Shown: one piece after another, positions 1-10,074 of the stretch
How the letters are laid out: each line of letters begins with the position of its first letter
How positions within the stretch are numbered: position 1 is the first letter of the stretch
Source of the DNA: an uncultured Desulfobacter sp.
Lineage (GTDB): Bacteria; Desulfobacterota; Desulfobacteria; Desulfobacterales; Desulfobacteraceae
DNA: 64,000 nt
Direction of reading: 5' to 3'
Assembly: GCA_963665095.1 (NCBI GenBank)
Contig: OY762069.1
Coordinates: 5,056,001-5,120,000 of the forward strand
The notes under the pieces: generated by a model
Database searches by the model: none
Told to the model about the DNA's origin: nothing
The model's input: only the letters and a program-made list of their open reading frames with translations
Translations under genes and position numbers: made by a program

Positions 1-129
1 GGCCGGTATTGCAATAATTGCCTGGAAGCATTGTCAACTTAGGGCTTATGAACTTGAGAGGCAGGGTGTATATAGTTAAGCACCAAAAGCCAGGCCCATA
101 CATCATGGAAGGGGCCCCTTATAAAAAAA

Positions 130-159
130 TTGACTTTTTATCAGTGATTTACTAAAAAT
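130..159 (+). promoter_or_regulatory. Possible sigma70 promoter for the gsp/glycan operon
   Basis: TTGACT at 130-135, 17-bp spacer, TAAAAA(T) at 153-159, A-tract upstream. The -10 match is weak. Confidence 0.3.
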
Positions 160-225
160 TCCTTCGATTAAGATAGTGGCGAATAAAGTGATTAAAAAGA
201 CTCAGCCTCATTTTTTTTATAGAAA

Positions 226-284
226 TCCCGAATCAGCTTTATAACGGTTTATTAGAAAAGGCTGGGTTCGGGAAACTGTTTTTT
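226..284 (+). terminator. Stem-loop followed by T-tract upstream of gspE (terminator/attenuator-like)
   Basis: TCCCGAATCAGCTTT (226-240) pairs with AAGGCTGGGTTCGGGA (258-273) with G:U pairs and one bulge; followed by ctgTTTTTT. Confidence 0.45.
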
Positions 285-381
285 GGCCATTCATTCATTG
301 TTTATGAATTGCTGACAGCAGCCGGTTCTGTAAAATGTAACCGACAGTGCGGAGCTATGCCCATCTGAAAGAGAGACATAT

Positions 382-1950
382 ATGATTCAAAACGATCTGA
401 AAAACGAATCAGCGGGCGAAACATCCTCTATACCAGGCATTTCATACAAAGATTATCCCAAACAGGGCGTTGAACTTGACAGCCTGTCTGTCAAGTTCAT
501 GAAACAGTTTGTTTTTGTGCCGCTGTCCCTGGAGGGCAATCTTCTCAAGCTCGCCATTGCCGATCCCGGCGAAACAGCCTATGTCAGTGAGGCTCTCAGA
601 CTTTCATACGGGCATGATGTGGAAGTGCTCCAGGGAGACAGTCAGGATATCCTGGACACAATAGACCGTCTTTACGGAAGCGGCAGCCAGTCCATTGAGA
701 ATATCATTGAAGAAGCCGGAAAAGAGATTTATGAGATTGAAACCGGAGACGGGGACAGTGTTGAGAATTTAAAGGATCTGGCGTCTGAAGCCCCTATTAT
801 CCGACTGGTAAACCGGTTAATTGTAAATGCGGTAGAGGCCCAGGCCAGTGATATCCATTTTGAGCCTTTTGACAGGATCTTCAGGATAAGGTACCGCATA
901 GACGGGGTCCTTCATGAAATTGAAACCCCTCCTATCCGGCTGCAGGCAGCTATTATTTCCAGGGTCAAAATCATGGCCAAGCTGGATATTGCCGAGCGCC
1001 GCCTTCCCCAGGATGGGAGTATCAAGCTCAAGATCGCAGACCGGGAGATTGACTTCAGGGTTTCCACGGTTCCCACGCTTTACGGGGAGAGTCTTGTAAT
1101 GAGAATCCTGGACCGGGAGTCTTTAACTCTGGATTTAAAAACTTTGGGTTTTCCGGATGATATTTACGAGAAATATCTTGACCTGATACATCAGCCCTAT
1201 GGCATGATTCTGGTGACCGGCCCTACAGGGAGTGGAAAAACATCCACCCTGTACACCACCCTTGCCATGATCAATTCATCTGAAAAAAAAGTCATCACAC
1301 TTGAGGATCCTGTTGAATATCAGCTTTCCGGAGTAAATCAGATTCATGTTAAGCCTAAAATCGGACTGACTTTTGCTGCAGGCCTGAGATCCATTGTCCG
1401 CCAGGATCCTGATATTATCCTGGTTGGAGAGATCAGGGACCGGGAAACGGCAGAGATATCCATTCAGTCTGCCCTGACCGGCCATCTGCTTTTCAGCACC
1501 CTTCATACCAACGACTCCGCAGGGGCAATCACCCGGCTTATGGATATGGGGGTGGAAAGCTTCCTGCTCAGCTCCACCTTGCTTGGTATTATGGCCCAGA
1601 GGCTGGTGCGGGTCATTTGTCCCGTGTGCAAAGAGGTGTTTCGCCCTGATAAGCGGTTGATACAGTTGATGAGGCTGTCGGAAAAAGAGTTAGACGGAAT
1701 GCGCTTTTTCCATGGTGCCGGCTGTGATGCCTGCCATAATACCGGGTTTAAAGGTCGGACGGCCATTTTTGAGTACCTGCCAATTAATGAGACGATCAGA
1801 AGGGAAATTGTGAATCGGTCCAGTACCGAAACGATAAAAAAGCAGGCAACCCAATTTGGTGTCAGAACCCTTAGGGAGGATGGCTGGGAAAAGGTTAAAC
1901 AGGGGGTTACAACGATTTCAGAAGTACTCAGGGTGACGTTGGAAGCTTAA
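382..1950 (+). CDS. gspE: Type II secretion ATPase GspE
   Basis: ASDIHFEP, RLPQDG, Walker A GPTGSGKT, LRQDPD-like VRQDPD, STLHTND, tetracysteine CPVC..CDAC motif. Confidence 0.95.
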   Translation: MIQNDLKNESAGETSSIPGISYKDYPKQGVELDSLSVKFMKQFVFVPLSLEGNLLKLAIADPGETAYVSEALRLSYGHDVEVLQGDSQDILDTIDRLYGSGSQSIENIIEEAGKEIYEIETGDGDSVENLKDLASEAPIIRLVNRLIVNAVEAQASDIHFEPFDRIFRIRYRIDGVLHEIETPPIRLQAAIISRVKIMAKLDIAERRLPQDGSIKLKIADREIDFRVSTVPTLYGESLVMRILDRESLTLDLKTLGFPDDIYEKYLDLIHQPYGMILVTGPTGSGKTSTLYTTLAMINSSEKKVITLEDPVEYQLSGVNQIHVKPKIGLTFAAGLRSIVRQDPDIILVGEIRDRETAEISIQSALTGHLLFSTLHTNDSAGAITRLMDMGVESFLLSSTLLGIMAQRLVRVICPVCKEVFRPDKRLIQLMRLSEKELDGMRFFHGAGCDACHNTGFKGRTAIFEYLPINETIRREIVNRSSTETIKKQATQFGVRTLREDGWEKVKQGVTTISEVLRVTLEA

Positions 1951-1951
1951 A

Positions 1952-3181
1952 ATGCCGTTGTATGCCTATAAAGCAGTAGATCCATCCGGCAAAGTATCAA
2001 ATTCCGCCATTGAGGCCGGAAGTGAGAAGGAGGCAGTAAATCTTTTACAGAATGCCGGCCTGATGCCCATTCGTATTAGCGTCTCCTCCCAAAAAGAGTC
2101 AAAGGTTTCCGGCCTTTTATCTATTGATCTTTTATCTTTTTTTCAACGGGTTTCATCCAAAGATGTGATGCATTTTACACAGGATTTAACCGCACTTCTT
2201 GAAGCAGGGCTGCCGGTTGACCGGTCTCTTGGCATTCTTCTGGAAGCTACTGAAAATCCGAAATTTAAAGAAACCATTAAAGATATTCTCAAGGCCATTG
2301 AAGGCGGGGTGAGCCTTTCCGAAGCATTGGGACGTCATCCCAAAGCATTCTCCGATTTTTATATCAACATGATTAAGGCCGGGGAGGCAGGCGGAATTTT
2401 AAGCAAGGTTCTGGAGCGTCTGGGTATTTTCCTTGAAACGTCCCAGGAGCTTAAAGATTATATTAAATCCGCCATGATTTATCCCTTGTTCCTCCTGGGG
2501 GTCGGGGGACTGTCTATTATTGTGCTGATGACCTATGTAATTCCTAATTTCAGCGTTATTTTCGCAGATATGGGAGATGCTATTCCCTGGTCAACCAGAC
2601 TCCTTCTGGATGCCAGCCATGCATTTCGGGCATACTGGTGGGCGGCACTCATTGCCCTGGTATTGATCTATTTAGTCATAAGAAAACTGATTAAAAGTCC
2701 GAAAGGCAAGATCCGGTTCGATGCCTTAAAAATGAAATTACCCCTTGTGGGGGACCTTATCCGGAAGGTTGAGGTCGGTCGGATTTCCCGGACATTGGGG
2801 ACCCTGATTGAAAGCGGTGTGCCAATTTTAAATGCGATTATACTGGCAAAGGATATTGTGAGCAACCAGACAATAGCCATGACCATGGACGGTATATACA
2901 GCAAAGTAAAGGAAGGGGAAAGTCTTTCCCATCCTTTAAGCCAGACGGACATTTTTCCTTCCCTGGCAATTCATATGATCCGGGTGGGGGAAGAAACAGG
3001 AAATTTATCCGGGATGCTTCTTAAATTGTCGGATAATTATGACAAGGTAGTTAAAAACCTGGTGAAAAGGGTTGTCAGCCTTATGGAGCCGGTTATGATT
3101 CTGATCATGGGTGTTGTTATCGGATCCATCGTGGTGTCCATGCTGATGGCAATTTTCAGTATGAATGATATATCTTTTTAG
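1952..3181 (+). CDS. gspF: Type II secretion inner-membrane platform protein GspF
   Basis: MPLYAYKA start, two T2SSF repeats (AGEAGG; VGEETGNL), three TM segments, directly after gspE. Confidence 0.95.
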   Translation: MPLYAYKAVDPSGKVSNSAIEAGSEKEAVNLLQNAGLMPIRISVSSQKESKVSGLLSIDLLSFFQRVSSKDVMHFTQDLTALLEAGLPVDRSLGILLEATENPKFKETIKDILKAIEGGVSLSEALGRHPKAFSDFYINMIKAGEAGGILSKVLERLGIFLETSQELKDYIKSAMIYPLFLLGVGGLSIIVLMTYVIPNFSVIFADMGDAIPWSTRLLLDASHAFRAYWWAALIALVLIYLVIRKLIKSPKGKIRFDALKMKLPLVGDLIRKVEVGRISRTLGTLIESGVPILNAIILAKDIVSNQTIAMTMDGIYSKVKEGESLSHPLSQTDIFPSLAIHMIRVGEETGNLSGMLLKLSDNYDKVVKNLVKRVVSLMEPVMILIMGVVIGSIVVSMLMAIFSMNDISF

Positions 3182-3272
3182 TCTGAAGACATTCGGCTGA
3201 ACTTAAGGATAGAGCCCTTTTACCTGATAATATGAAAGCACCAGTCTAACAGCCTGAGACAGGAGAAATTTA

Positions 3273-3716
3273 ATGAGACAAAGAAATAATAAGAATGAAA
3301 AAGGTTTTTCCCTTATAGAACTGCTCATCGTCATGGTGATTATCGGCTTGCTCGCCTCGCTGGTCGGGCCCAAGATGTTTGGTAAAGTCGGCAAGTCCAA
3401 ACAGAAATCGGCAAAAGCGCAAATTTCTCTTTTTGAAACAGCGCTGGATATGTACAGGCTGGATATGGGGAAATATCCGACTTCTGACGAGGGCCTGGCT
3501 GCATTGAGGAACAAACCGGATGATGAAGGTCGGTGGGACGGTCCATACCTGCCCAAGGAGCTCCCTGCAGACCCCTGGGGGCATCCCTACCACTATGAAT
3601 CTCCTTCTGAACATGGCGATTATGAGATAATCTCTTATGGTGCAGACGGAAATGAAGGTGGCGAAGGGGAAGACCAGGATATCGTCAGCTGGAAGGATCT
3701 TGAAAAAGAATCCTAG
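3273..3716 (+). CDS. gspG: Major pseudopilin GspG
   Basis: Prepilin G|FSLIELLIV motif; GLAAL, WDGPYL, DPWGHPYHY, SYGADG motifs. Confidence 0.95.
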   Translation: MRQRNNKNEKGFSLIELLIVMVIIGLLASLVGPKMFGKVGKSKQKSAKAQISLFETALDMYRLDMGKYPTSDEGLAALRNKPDDEGRWDGPYLPKELPADPWGHPYHYESPSEHGDYEIISYGADGNEGGEGEDQDIVSWKDLEKES

Positions 3717-4227
3717 TGCCGGCTTCACACTGATCGAGCTGATCATAGTTCTGGTCATTGTCGGGCTTTTGTCTGGGCTGGTTATGCCCCGGATGTTCCA
3801 GAGCATGACCCGTATTGAACTGAGAAAGGCTGCCGGTGATATGGTTTCCTTGTTGCGCAGCGCCAGAGACCAGGCCTACTACAGGAAACTTTTTATAAAA
3901 GTGTCATTTAACCCCGACACAGGTAAGGTCTCACTTTTCAGGTACCAGCGAGCCTCTGAGGAAGACGGGACATCCTTGGCCGGGCCAGAGATGGTGTGGG
4001 GCCTGCTAAAAGAGGTTGCCCTTCCCAAAAGCGTGTCAATAGCAAGTATTGATAAAAAAAAAGATAGCGAGTCTGAAGATGTTTATGACCTGTTTTTTTA
4101 TCCTGCAGGCACCTCGGATGGCGGCATAATTACTTTGATGGACAAAAAAGGCAGGGTTTTTAAAATTTCAGTGGACAGGATAACCGGCAAGGTGCGAATA
4201 GCAGAAGATGATAATGAAGACAGATAA
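3700..4227 (+). CDS. gspH: Minor pseudopilin GspH/FimT-like
   Basis: G|FTLIELIIV prepilin motif; FYPAGTSDGG and ITGKV C-terminal motifs. TTG start at 3700 behind GGAAGGA preferred over the ORF start at 3637. Confidence 0.85.
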   Translation: MKKNPSAGFTLIELIIVLVIVGLLSGLVMPRMFQSMTRIELRKAAGDMVSLLRSARDQAYYRKLFIKVSFNPDTGKVSLFRYQRASEEDGTSLAGPEMVWGLLKEVALPKSVSIASIDKKKDSESEDVYDLFFYPAGTSDGGIITLMDKKGRVFKISVDRITGKVRIAEDDNEDR

Positions 4228-5191
4228 CTATGCTGATGAAATGATATCGGTTACCATACCGGTTTTCAATGAGGAAGAGAATCTGGATCAGCTTTATGAG
4301 AAATTGATTCAGACTCTTGATCCAATGGGCCTGGTATATGAAATTATTTTTATTAATGACGGCAGTTCCGATAAAAGCCCTGGTATTTTAAACCAGCTGG
4401 CCAAAAAAGACGGGCGGGTAAAAGTTATTCACTTTACACGAAATTTTGGTCAGACAGCCGCAATGATGGCCGGATTTGATCATGCCTCCGGAGACATTAT
4501 CATACCCATGGACGCAGACCTCCAGAATGATCCGGAAGATATCCCCCGGCTGGTTGAAAAGCTGCATCAGGGGTATGATTTATGTTCCGGATGGCGTAAG
4601 AATCGAAAGGACGGTTCCATCAGGCGGGTTCTGGTCAGCAAAATTGCCAACAAACTGGTATCTAAAATATCGGGAGTCAGGCTTAAGGATTATGGATGCA
4701 CCCTTAAGGCCTATCGCAAAAAAATTATAAAGGGCGTTCGGCTTTACGGGGAGATGCACAGGTTTATTCCCATTTATGCCAGCTGGGAAGGGGCAAAGAT
4801 TGCAGAACTTCCGGTAAAACATCATCCCAGGCTTCACGGAAAGTCCAAATACGGTCTGGAACGGACCATTAAAGTGATTCTTGATCTCATTGTAATTACC
4901 TTTCTGGATAATTATGCCCAAAAGCCCATTTACGTGTTTGGCGGGGCAGGAATTATCAGCGCCATTATTTCTTTTGGGGTTTTCGGTTATGCCTCCTGGT
5001 TGAAATTTTTTAAGAACATTTCTTATATTGAAACACCTTTGCCGGTTCTTGCGTCCATGACCATGCTCGGGGCGTTTATCTGTATCCTTATGGGGCTTTT
5101 AGCCGAGATGATCATGAGAACCTATTATGAGGCCCAGCATAAAAGCATCTATCTGGTGGACGAGATGAAAAATATCGAGGTTCCCAGCTGA
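4208..5191 (+). CDS. GT2 polyprenyl-phosphate glycosyltransferase (ArnC/GtrB/DPM-like)
   Basis: IPVFNEE, INDGSSD, NFGQTAA, MDADLQNDP, MHRFIP; two C-terminal TM helices. Confidence 0.88.
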   Translation: MIMKTDNYADEMISVTIPVFNEEENLDQLYEKLIQTLDPMGLVYEIIFINDGSSDKSPGILNQLAKKDGRVKVIHFTRNFGQTAAMMAGFDHASGDIIIPMDADLQNDPEDIPRLVEKLHQGYDLCSGWRKNRKDGSIRRVLVSKIANKLVSKISGVRLKDYGCTLKAYRKKIIKGVRLYGEMHRFIPIYASWEGAKIAELPVKHHPRLHGKSKYGLERTIKVILDLIVITFLDNYAQKPIYVFGGAGIISAIISFGVFGYASWLKFFKNISYIETPLPVLASMTMLGAFICILMGLLAEMIMRTYYEAQHKSIYLVDEMKNIEVPS

Positions 5192-7068
5192 TGTGCGGCA
5201 TTGCCGGATTTGCAGGTGATGGTTCCCATAATGACCTTAAAGCCATGACCACCGCTCTGGCCCACCGGGGACCGGACGCAGAAGATTTTTTCAATGACCG
5301 GGAGTCTTCAGTATATCTGGGACACAGACGGCTTTCCATTATTGATCTTCAGGACGGGGCCCAGCCCATGTCCACTGCTGATAATGAGCTTGTCATTGTT
5401 TTCAATGGTGAAATTTATAATCATGTCGCGCTTCGCAAAGAACTGGAAGACAGGGGACACCGGTTTATTTCCCATCATTCTGACACAGAAGTCCTTCTTC
5501 ATGGTTACAGGGAGTGGGGACGGCGCATGCCGGAAAAACTAAACGGGATGTGGGCTTTTGCCCTTTTTGATAAAAAGGCACAGCAGCTGTTTCTCAGCCG
5601 GGACAGATTCGGCAAAAAGCCTTTGTACTACACTCTTCAGAATAAAGCTTTTGTCTTTGCATCCGAGCTGTCTGCTTTGACGATCCATTCCAGGGTGGAT
5701 GCCAGCCTCTCTTCCGGCATGCTTAAAAAGTATTTTGCCTATGGATATATCCCGGCGCCGGGATCTGTTTATGAAAGAATATACAAGCTTCCAGGCGGCT
5801 GTTCATTAATCTATGATTTACGTTCGGGCAGGCTTGAGGTTGAAAAATACTGGGAATTTAAGATAGAGCCCTTTGACCGGATTCCGTCCCGCCCGGTTGA
5901 GGAGTGGGGCGAACAGTTAAGGGAGTTAATTTCCAGGGCGGTTAAGCGAAGGCTTATTTCAGATGTCCCCCTTGGGGTCTTTCTAAGCGGGGGAATAGAT
6001 TCCTCATGCGTGACCGCCTATGCTGCCAAAGCCATGAATTCACCAGCTGCTTTAAAAACTTTTTCCATCAGTTTTGAAGAAAAGAGTTTTGATGAGTCTG
6101 AATTTTCAGAAAGAACAGCCCGGTTCATTGGCACGGACCATCACAATGAGATGCTTTCAATGGAGCGGTCCATGACCCTGCTGCCGGAGATTGTCGGCAA
6201 ACTGGATGAGCCCATGGGAGACAGTTCCATTCTACCAACCTACCTTCTCAGCCGGGTAACCAGAAAACATGTTACTGTCGCCCTTGGAGGCGACGGGGCT
6301 GATGAGCTCTTTGCCGGTTATGATCCGTTTCGGGCATTGAAATATGCAAAGCTTTATAATTCGGTAATCCCAAGACCTGTTCATATGGGAATCTGCATGC
6401 TTTGCAGCCGGCTACCGGTATCCCATCGTAATATGAGCCTCGATTTCAAGATTAAACGAACCTTAAGGGGGCTAAGCTACGATAAAAAGCTGTGGAATCC
6501 GGTCTGGCTGGGTCCGTTGTCACCGGATGAGATTTCAGATCTGTTTCATGAACCGGTTGATATTGAGGACCTTTACTCAGAAGCAATCAACCTGTGGGAT
6601 CAGTGCCAAAGCACCAGCCTGATTGATCAGGCCCTTCAGTTTTATACCCGGTTGTATCTTCAGGATGATATCTTAACGAAAGTTGACCGGGCCTCCATGA
6701 TGAACTCCCTTGAAGTCAGAGCTCCGTTCCTTGATCTTGACCTTGTTGATTTTGTAAGAAAAATTCCTTATACATTTAAATTCAGAAACGGCCAGACTAA
6801 GTATATTCTTAAAAAAGCCTTGGAACCGGTATTGCCCAGGGAAATTCTGTACCGTTCCAAAAAAGGGTTCGGCATACCGGTGGGAAGGTGGCTAAAACAA
6901 CCTTTTTTTAAACACAAACCAGCCCGGTATCAAAATATCCTGTCTGCCGATTTTATCCAGAAGCGTATGCAGGAACACATTTCAGATAATAAGGACAACC
7001 GTTCCTTTTTATGGAACCATTGGCTTCTATCCGAATGGTCTCAAGGTAAGGGATTCAGCCTTTCATAA
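5191..7068 (+). CDS. asnB: Asparagine-synthase-like glutamine amidotransferase (glycan amidation)
   Basis: N-terminal MCGIAG, HRRLSIID, FNGEIYN, LSGGIDSS, GDGADELF, KVDRASM. Confidence 0.92.
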   Translation: MCGIAGFAGDGSHNDLKAMTTALAHRGPDAEDFFNDRESSVYLGHRRLSIIDLQDGAQPMSTADNELVIVFNGEIYNHVALRKELEDRGHRFISHHSDTEVLLHGYREWGRRMPEKLNGMWAFALFDKKAQQLFLSRDRFGKKPLYYTLQNKAFVFASELSALTIHSRVDASLSSGMLKKYFAYGYIPAPGSVYERIYKLPGGCSLIYDLRSGRLEVEKYWEFKIEPFDRIPSRPVEEWGEQLRELISRAVKRRLISDVPLGVFLSGGIDSSCVTAYAAKAMNSPAALKTFSISFEEKSFDESEFSERTARFIGTDHHNEMLSMERSMTLLPEIVGKLDEPMGDSSILPTYLLSRVTRKHVTVALGGDGADELFAGYDPFRALKYAKLYNSVIPRPVHMGICMLCSRLPVSHRNMSLDFKIKRTLRGLSYDKKLWNPVWLGPLSPDEISDLFHEPVDIEDLYSEAINLWDQCQSTSLIDQALQFYTRLYLQDDILTKVDRASMMNSLEVRAPFLDLDLVDFVRKIPYTFKFRNGQTKYILKKALEPVLPREILYRSKKGFGIPVGRWLKQPFFKHKPARYQNILSADFIQKRMQEHISDNKDNRSFLWNHWLLSEWSQGKGFSLS

Positions 7069-7093
7069 ATCAGGATTTAAGAACTGCCATAAA

Positions 7094-8254
7094 ATGAACA
7101 TTCTGCTTATCAATTATGAGTTCCCTCCCCTTGGTGCAGGCGCATCAACCGCCACATGGCACATCGGCAAAGAACTTGCTGCCATGGGGCACAGGGTATT
7201 AGTGGTTACTTCGGGATTCAAAAAGAATACAGGGTATGGCCTTGAAAACGGAATGACAATTTACAGGTGCCCGGCTATTCGGAAGAAAGTGTCCCAGTCT
7301 AATTTACTGGAAATGGCATCCTTTGTGGCCTCAGCGTTTATCTGTTTGCCCCGTCTTGTACGAAAACACAGAATTGAAGGGGCAATTGTTTTTTTTTCCT
7401 TTCCTTGCGGTCCTTTAGGACTGTGGATCAATTTGTTATTCAAGACCCCATATATTGTTTCGCTCAGGGGAGGAGACGTTCCGGGCAATGAAAAGCGGTT
7501 GGATAGAATACATAAAATTCTTACACCCCTAAGACGTTTGGTTTACAGAAAAAGTCTGGCAGTGGTTGCAAACTCCCAGGGCTTAAAAAAAATGGCCGAG
7601 AAAGCAGACTTATATCCTGTCAGTGTGATCTCCAACGGAATTGATACGAATTTTTTTACGCCCGCGGAAAAAAAGTTGAATGGCAAGTATTTTCGCTTTA
7701 TGTTTGCCGGCAGGCTGTCGGATCAAAAAAATTTGTTTTTTATGCTAAGCCAGCTGGCCAAATTGAAACAAGCTGGATTTTATAGATTGAAAATTCATAT
7801 GGCAGGTGATGGGCCTCTGAAAAAAAAACTTCAAAATTTTGCCAGTGAAGCAGGGCTGTCTGAAAACATAGAGTGGCACGGATGGGTGTTCAAAAATAGA
7901 CTTCTTGAGCTTTATCAGAATTCACACTGTTTTATAAATCCATCTTTTTGCGAAGGTATGCCAAATACTGTCCTTGAAGCCATGGCATGCGGTTTGATTG
8001 TTATCGCAAGCAATGTTCCAGGGAATAACGATATAATAAAGCATGGACAAAACGGTCTTTTATTTGATCTTTCTTCCCATGAAGAGATGAGGGATTTTCT
8101 GGGTGTTGTTACCAAGAGCCATAATTTGAATGAGAAACTAAAACGAAATGCCAGAGAAACGGTTTTGAAAAAATTTTCCTGGTGTAAGGCTGCAACTGAC
8201 TTTTCCTATATGTTACTAACTGAAAAATCAAATCAATGTTTTATAAGTAAATGA
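7094..8254 (+). CDS. GT4 glycosyltransferase
   Basis: NYEFPPLGAG, FAGRLSDQKN, EGMPNTVLEAMACG. Confidence 0.9.
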   Translation: MNILLINYEFPPLGAGASTATWHIGKELAAMGHRVLVVTSGFKKNTGYGLENGMTIYRCPAIRKKVSQSNLLEMASFVASAFICLPRLVRKHRIEGAIVFFSFPCGPLGLWINLLFKTPYIVSLRGGDVPGNEKRLDRIHKILTPLRRLVYRKSLAVVANSQGLKKMAEKADLYPVSVISNGIDTNFFTPAEKKLNGKYFRFMFAGRLSDQKNLFFMLSQLAKLKQAGFYRLKIHMAGDGPLKKKLQNFASEAGLSENIEWHGWVFKNRLLELYQNSHCFINPSFCEGMPNTVLEAMACGLIVIASNVPGNNDIIKHGQNGLLFDLSSHEEMRDFLGVVTKSHNLNEKLKRNARETVLKKFSWCKAATDFSYMLLTEKSNQCFISK

Positions 8255-10074
8255 GCGATACAAGTTACTTTGCCGCATTTAAGTGGGTTTATTCCCATCT
8301 TCAATCTTTTCGGAAAAAGCAGTTCTGGTTGCTTTTAGCCGCTATGTTTATAGTTGCTCTTTTTGAAACTGGCTCTTTGGGAACCATTGCATTTTTTTCA
8401 TCAGCAGTTACGGATCCAGAAAACGTTAAATCTTCTAAATACGTAGGAGTTATAAAGCAATTTGTTGATGCAGAGTTTTTAAATTCCTCTAAGGGACTGA
8501 TATATTCATCCGGCCTGTTGATGTGCTTTCTTATGATGGTTAAAAATGTTCTAAAAGCATTATCTAAATATGGGATGGCGAGATTTTCAGCAGCAATGGA
8601 AGCCCATTTTGGAGGTCTCCTTCTTAACGGTTTTTTAAGGCTGCCTTATCAGTGGCATTTGTCCCGAAACAGTGCAGACTTGATCAATGCCGTTCAGTGG
8701 CGCGTATATTTGGGACGCAATTTTTTTCAGCCGACGTTGAATATTTTCAACGACTTGTTAATGGTTTCAATTATGCTGATATCCCTTTTTGTTATTCAGC
8801 CGGTGGTTTCTTTTACAGTTTTGATTGTCTTGAGTTCAGCCGCCTGCTTTATCTACAAAGTAATTCGGGAAAAAATTGACAGGACCGCCAAAACCTCTCG
8901 CAATTATCAAATTGCAATTAATAAAGAAGCGGCAATGGCGATTCAGGGGATTAAGGATGTAAAGGTAGCCGGTGCCGAAAATGCTTTTGTTTTGAAATAC
9001 TACGATAGAGCAATTCCTCTTTCAAAAATTTTCGGGCTTCAGAAAATGTATGCTGACGCCCCTGTGTTAATTTTAGAAACAATCGGTTTTTTCATGCTGT
9101 TCCTGTCAATTTGTATTCTGCTGTTGGTGTTTGATATCACAACTGCGTATATGATCGGAACCATGGCACTTCTTGCCGTCACCGCGTGGAAAGTTCTGCC
9201 CGCAGCTTCTCAGATTTTAAACAGTCTCAGCAGTATAAGGAATTCCATCCCCTTTATTCAAACTTTAATAGAGTATGTTGAACAGATAGAGTCTGAACTT
9301 GACGGGAAAGACAATAAAGATATAAGACCGCTCTCCTTTGCAAATGCGGTTAAGATCAATAATGTATCTTTTGCCTATGAGGGGAATAAAGCAGATACAT
9401 TAAAGAATTTGGACTTTTTAGTTAGAAAGGGTGAGACTGTCGGCATAATAGGCTCTTCAGGTGCAGGAAAGAGTACTTTGGTTGATCTAATTATCGGGTT
9501 ATTAGGGCCTATAGAGGGAACAATCAATATCGACGATCAGGTTTTGACGCCGACAGTGGTGCCTTCGTGGATAAAGATTACAGGTTATGTGTCCCAGTCT
9601 TCATATATCTATGACGGAACCCTTGCTGAGAATATTGCATTCGGTATAAAGGAGGCTGACGTTGACAGAGCTTTAATCAAGGATTGCTGTACAATGGCTT
9701 CAATGAATGAATTTGTTGAGACCCTGCCTGAGGGGATTGACACATTTATCGGTGAAAGGGGGGTTAAACTCTCCGGCGGTCAGCAGCAACGTGTTGCCAT
9801 TGCAAGGGCGCTATATAGGAAACCTGAAATTTTAATATTTGATGAGGCAACAAGTTCCCTGGACACAAAGAACGAAACATCCATACAGAAAACAATTTAT
9901 AGTTTTAAGGGGTCTCAGACCTTGATTATTATAGCCCATCGTCTAAGTACTCTTGAAAAGTGTGATAGGGTGGTCTGGCTTGAAAAGGGGACGGTAAAGA
10001 TGATTGATTCGCCTGATAAGGTTATTTCTTTATACGGGAAAGATCAAATTGAAAATAAAGGCTGGCTTAAGTGA
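8251..10074 (+). CDS. ABC exporter, PglK/MsbA-like lipid-linked oligosaccharide flippase
   Basis: N-terminal TM domain fused to NBD (GSSGAGKST, LSGGQQQR, DEATS); located in a glycan cluster. Confidence 0.8.
   Translation: MSDTSYFAAFKWVYSHLQSFRKKQFWLLLAAMFIVALFETGSLGTIAFFSSAVTDPENVKSSKYVGVIKQFVDAEFLNSSKGLIYSSGLLMCFLMMVKNVLKALSKYGMARFSAAMEAHFGGLLLNGFLRLPYQWHLSRNSADLINAVQWRVYLGRNFFQPTLNIFNDLLMVSIMLISLFVIQPVVSFTVLIVLSSAACFIYKVIREKIDRTAKTSRNYQIAINKEAAMAIQGIKDVKVAGAENAFVLKYYDRAIPLSKIFGLQKMYADAPVLILETIGFFMLFLSICILLLVFDITTAYMIGTMALLAVTAWKVLPAASQILNSLSSIRNSIPFIQTLIEYVEQIESELDGKDNKDIRPLSFANAVKINNVSFAYEGNKADTLKNLDFLVRKGETVGIIGSSGAGKSTLVDLIIGLLGPIEGTINIDDQVLTPTVVPSWIKITGYVSQSSYIYDGTLAENIAFGIKEADVDRALIKDCCTMASMNEFVETLPEGIDTFIGERGVKLSGGQQQRVAIARALYRKPEILIFDEATSSLDTKNETSIQKTIYSFKGSQTLIIIAHRLSTLEKCDRVVWLEKGTVKMIDSPDKVISLYGKDQIENKGWLK

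Noticed and set aside
1..79. Possible 3' end of an upstream gene (frame 2, ...AYELERQGVYS*)
   Set aside because: Too short to support; other frames and the minus strand are also open.
80..381. ops/JUMPstart element or c-di-GMP riboswitch in the gspE leader
   Set aside because: No GGCGGTAG ops core and no GEMM-type conserved motifs found by eye.
3273..4227. Type IV pilus assignment for the pilin-like genes
   Set aside because: GspG-specific motifs, a GspK, a GspD-type secretin and the absence of PilT indicate T2SS.
6679..6699. 21-bp exact repeat AAAGTTGACCGGGCCTCCATG shared with the second asnB (~28636)
   Set aside because: Encodes the conserved KVDRASM motif in two paralogs; not a mobile-element or recombination repeat.
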